Shown in pieces: positions 62,109 to 64,000 of a stretch of DNA of 64,000 bases; the stretch's first letter is position 1; every line of letters begins with the position of its first letter. Location: assembly GCA_965227875.1 (NCBI GenBank), contig OZ245783.1, positions 4,897,929 to 4,961,928 of the forward strand, in the 5' to 3' direction. The translations under genes were made by a program, and so were the position numbers. Under the pieces are notes generated by a model. That model was not told the origin of the DNA and made no database searches. It saw only the letters and a program-made list of their open reading frames with translations. The DNA comes from Hyphomicrobiales bacterium (GTDB lineage: Bacteria; Pseudomonadota; Alphaproteobacteria; Rhizobiales; JAJFHC01).

Positions 62109-63803
62109 TCAGGAGCCACAGCGCCTGATCAGGGTGGTGTCGGTACACATGTTCCAATAGGGCGTGAGTTTACATTGCTTGCGCCGTCTCTCGCAGCGGG
62201 CGTCCTGGGCGCCGGATCTTCTCGCTTTTTTCCGCGGTGTATCCGACCGCTTTGTCTTTCCTGCAGGTGAAGCCTTGTCCCGATTTGCCGGTGCCGCCTT
62301 TTCCAGAACCGGATCCTTGTGCGCGATACCGGCAAGCTGCTTCAGCGCATTCAGTGTCCCCGGACCGATCCGACCGTCAATCCGGCTCCTGTAATATCCG
62401 AACTGCTTCAGTCGCTTTTGCAATTCCACGACGAACGGCCTTTCAAGCGCATTTTCCCGCTCGAGCAGCCACGCCACGGCGGGTTCGTATTTGGTCTCCA
62501 CGGACGCCAGGATTAGCCTTGCCGCCAGTCCGGGGTTTTTCGTCATTCCCCGCCCCTCATAGGCCATCCGGCCGAGGCGGTACTGGGCGACGGCGTTGCC
62601 CTTGTCGGCGGCCTTGCCGTACCAGTTTACCGCCTTCCCAAGATCCTCCTTAAGCCCGTCATCGCCTGCCTCGTAACGCCGCGCGAGAAGGACCATTTCC
62701 GCCGAGGTCTGCGGTTTCGTCAGTATCGACTTATCGGGGCTCGACGGCGATGCCTTGGCGATCTTGTCGATCCGCTCACGGAGTTTGCGCTCGGCCTCCT
62801 GCCTGGCCTTTTCCGCACTTTTGCGCGCCTGCCTTTCGGCCTCCAGCCGGGCCGCAAGTTCGTCCTGCCGTTTCTGCTCTTTCGCATTCAGGTGGGCAAT
62901 CATGGCTTTCGCCAAACCGGCAAACGTCCCGCCGGGATAGCGGTCGAGATACGTCTGAAGAAGGACGGGATTTTCCGCGTCCTTGATGGTTTCCCAGAAT
63001 AGCGCCTCTCGGTCCGCACGATAGACCGGTTCCTGTTTCGCGACCGGCTCGGCTTTTTTGGGCGTGAAATAGAAGTCGCCCTTCAGCGACGATTCCTCCC
63101 AGGGTGTCTGCGCCCCGCCGGTCTCGGCCTCGACCTTCGACCGCACCCGCTTGAACACATGTTCGACGGAAAGACCCGGCGAACGGATCGCATCCACGAA
63201 AGCGAGCGTATAGGGCGAGTTCGTGCCCGTACCGTCTGCCGCTACCTGCCCCGGGGCGGCCGCGAAGGAAATCAGCGTGCCGGACGCGGCCTGGATGCGG
63301 GCCAGCCCGCGCGTGGCGGAGCGCACCTTGCTGCCGAAGGGGTTGTTGCGGCAGGCGTCGAGCAGAACGAGGTTCAACCGGTTTCCGGCGGCTTCCATCT
63401 GGACGAGGATATCGGAGGCGCTGAGGGCCTCGATTTCGAGATCGGCCGAGTCCTGGATGTCCGCGCCAATGGGCACGAGATAGTTGGCCCCGCGCGCCTG
63501 AACCCCGTGGCCGGCGTAATAGAAGAGACCGACCGCGTTCTTTCCCGCCTTGCGCAGCGTACGGCCGAAATCCCGCACCGCCCTTCGCATCCCCCGGTAG
63601 TCGACGTCGGTGGCCACCACCACCTCGAAGCCGACCTCCTTGAGCGAACGCACCATGAGTTCGGCATCGTTCTTCGGATTGGCAAGCGGCGAGATCCGCT
63701 CGTATGCCGAGTTGCCGATCACCAGCGCGACGCGTTTTTCGGCGTGGGCGGCGGCCGCAAGACCGAACCAGAACACACAGCAGGTCAGGATAAGGTTCCG
63801 CAT
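62109..63803 (-). CDS. Exported caspase-like (peptidase C14) protein with Sel1-like repeat and peptidoglycan-binding-like domain
   Basis: 564 aa from MRNLILTCCVFWFGLAAAAHA (ATG 63801-63803). The caspase His/Cys dyad contexts are FYYAGHG and LLDACRNNPF. It also has a coiled coil (KEQKRQDELAARLEAERQARKSAEKARQEAERKLRE), a Sel1-like stretch AVNWYGKAADKGNAVAQYRLGRMAYEGRG, a PG_binding_1-like stretch ELQKRLKQFGYYRSRIDGRIGPGTLNALKQ, and a basic 4-Cys tail. Confidence 0.8.
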   Translation of the reverse strand: MRNLILTCCVFWFGLAAAAHAEKRVALVIGNSAYERISPLANPKNDAELMVRSLKEVGFEVVVATDVDYRGMRRAVRDFGRTLRKAGKNAVGLFYYAGHGVQARGANYLVPIGADIQDSADLEIEALSASDILVQMEAAGNRLNLVLLDACRNNPFGSKVRSATRGLARIQAASGTLISFAAAPGQVAADGTGTNSPYTLAFVDAIRSPGLSVEHVFKRVRSKVEAETGGAQTPWEESSLKGDFYFTPKKAEPVAKQEPVYRADREALFWETIKDAENPVLLQTYLDRYPGGTFAGLAKAMIAHLNAKEQKRQDELAARLEAERQARKSAEKARQEAERKLRERIDKIAKASPSSPDKSILTKPQTSAEMVLLARRYEAGDDGLKEDLGKAVNWYGKAADKGNAVAQYRLGRMAYEGRGMTKNPGLAARLILASVETKYEPAVAWLLERENALERPFVVELQKRLKQFGYYRSRIDGRIGPGTLNALKQLAGIAHKDPVLEKAAPANRDKASPAGKTKRSDTPRKKARRSGAQDARCERRRKQCKLTPYWNMCTDTTLIRRCGS

Positions 63804-63903
63804 GTCGCTTCTCCCCTTTCGCAACATGGAACTGTCACCATCCGCACACCGGTGACACGGGTCACATGATGGCAAGAATCCGGGAAAAGCTCAAATCCAG
63901 GCC

Positions 63904-64000
63904 CTAGCGGAGCTCTTTCGTCTTCAGGAACTCGAGGTCCTCGTTATTGCGCACCTTGTAGTCGAGTTCCCATGCGCTTTCGGCCAGAAACACCGGATTC
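63904..64000 (-). CDS. 3' end of an unidentified CDS running off the window
   Basis: An open minus-strand frame ends ...NPVFLAESAWELDYKVRNNEDLEFLKTKELR, with the stop TAG at 63904-63906. Third-position G/C bias is high. It is too short to classify. Confidence 0.35.
   Translation of the reverse strand, partial: NPVFLAESAWELDYKVRNNEDLEFLKTKELR

Overview
This is a high-GC chromosomal segment with alphaproteobacterial gene content (MipZ, ATP12, adk placed after secY, tRNA-Trp-secE-nusG). About half of it is core expression machinery. A continuous minus-strand block from 26.1 to 59.3 kb holds rplQ-rpoA-rpsK-rpsM, adk-secY, the spc and S10 ribosomal protein operons, tuf-fusA-rpsG-rpsL, rpoC-rpoB, rplL-rplJ, rplA-rplK, nusG-secE, tRNA-Trp, a second tuf, tRNA-Gly and tRNA-Tyr. 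The left third carries metabolism and housekeeping. It includes a corA/J-domain/VWA unit, mipZ, a LiuR-type leucine/isovalerate catabolic operon (ivd, thiolase, rhodanese, mccB, mccA) and mgtE. It also includes tRNA-Leu, lipB, two tandem pairs of small membrane-protein paralogs, lrp, pccB-pccA, and a tightly overlapping ATP12/HAD/pseudouridine synthase/crcB/rarA string followed by a DegP-type protease. Only four CDS (lipB, lrp, rlmB and an L,D-transpeptidase) lie on the plus strand. I saw no rRNA, CRISPR array, transposase, integrase or prophage genes. I did not find a clear-cut novel multi-gene system. The best candidates for follow-up are: (1) an envelope cluster at 60.4-63.8 kb built around an exported caspase-like protein with Sel1 and peptidoglycan-binding modules, next to a DUF992 protein, an L,D-transpeptidase and an Arg/His/Tyr-rich secreted mini-protein; (2) an orphan exported gene between rpoC and rpsL, preceded by a perfect TGTGA-N6-TCACA site in class-II geometry; (3) a rhodanese translationally coupled inside the liu operon; (4) an orphan single-domain FliN/SpoA gene. 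Many start sites were re-derived by reading the DNA, because the ORF track shows non-ATG starts as M and often over-extends N-termini. All family assignments come from motif recognition by eye, not from database searches.
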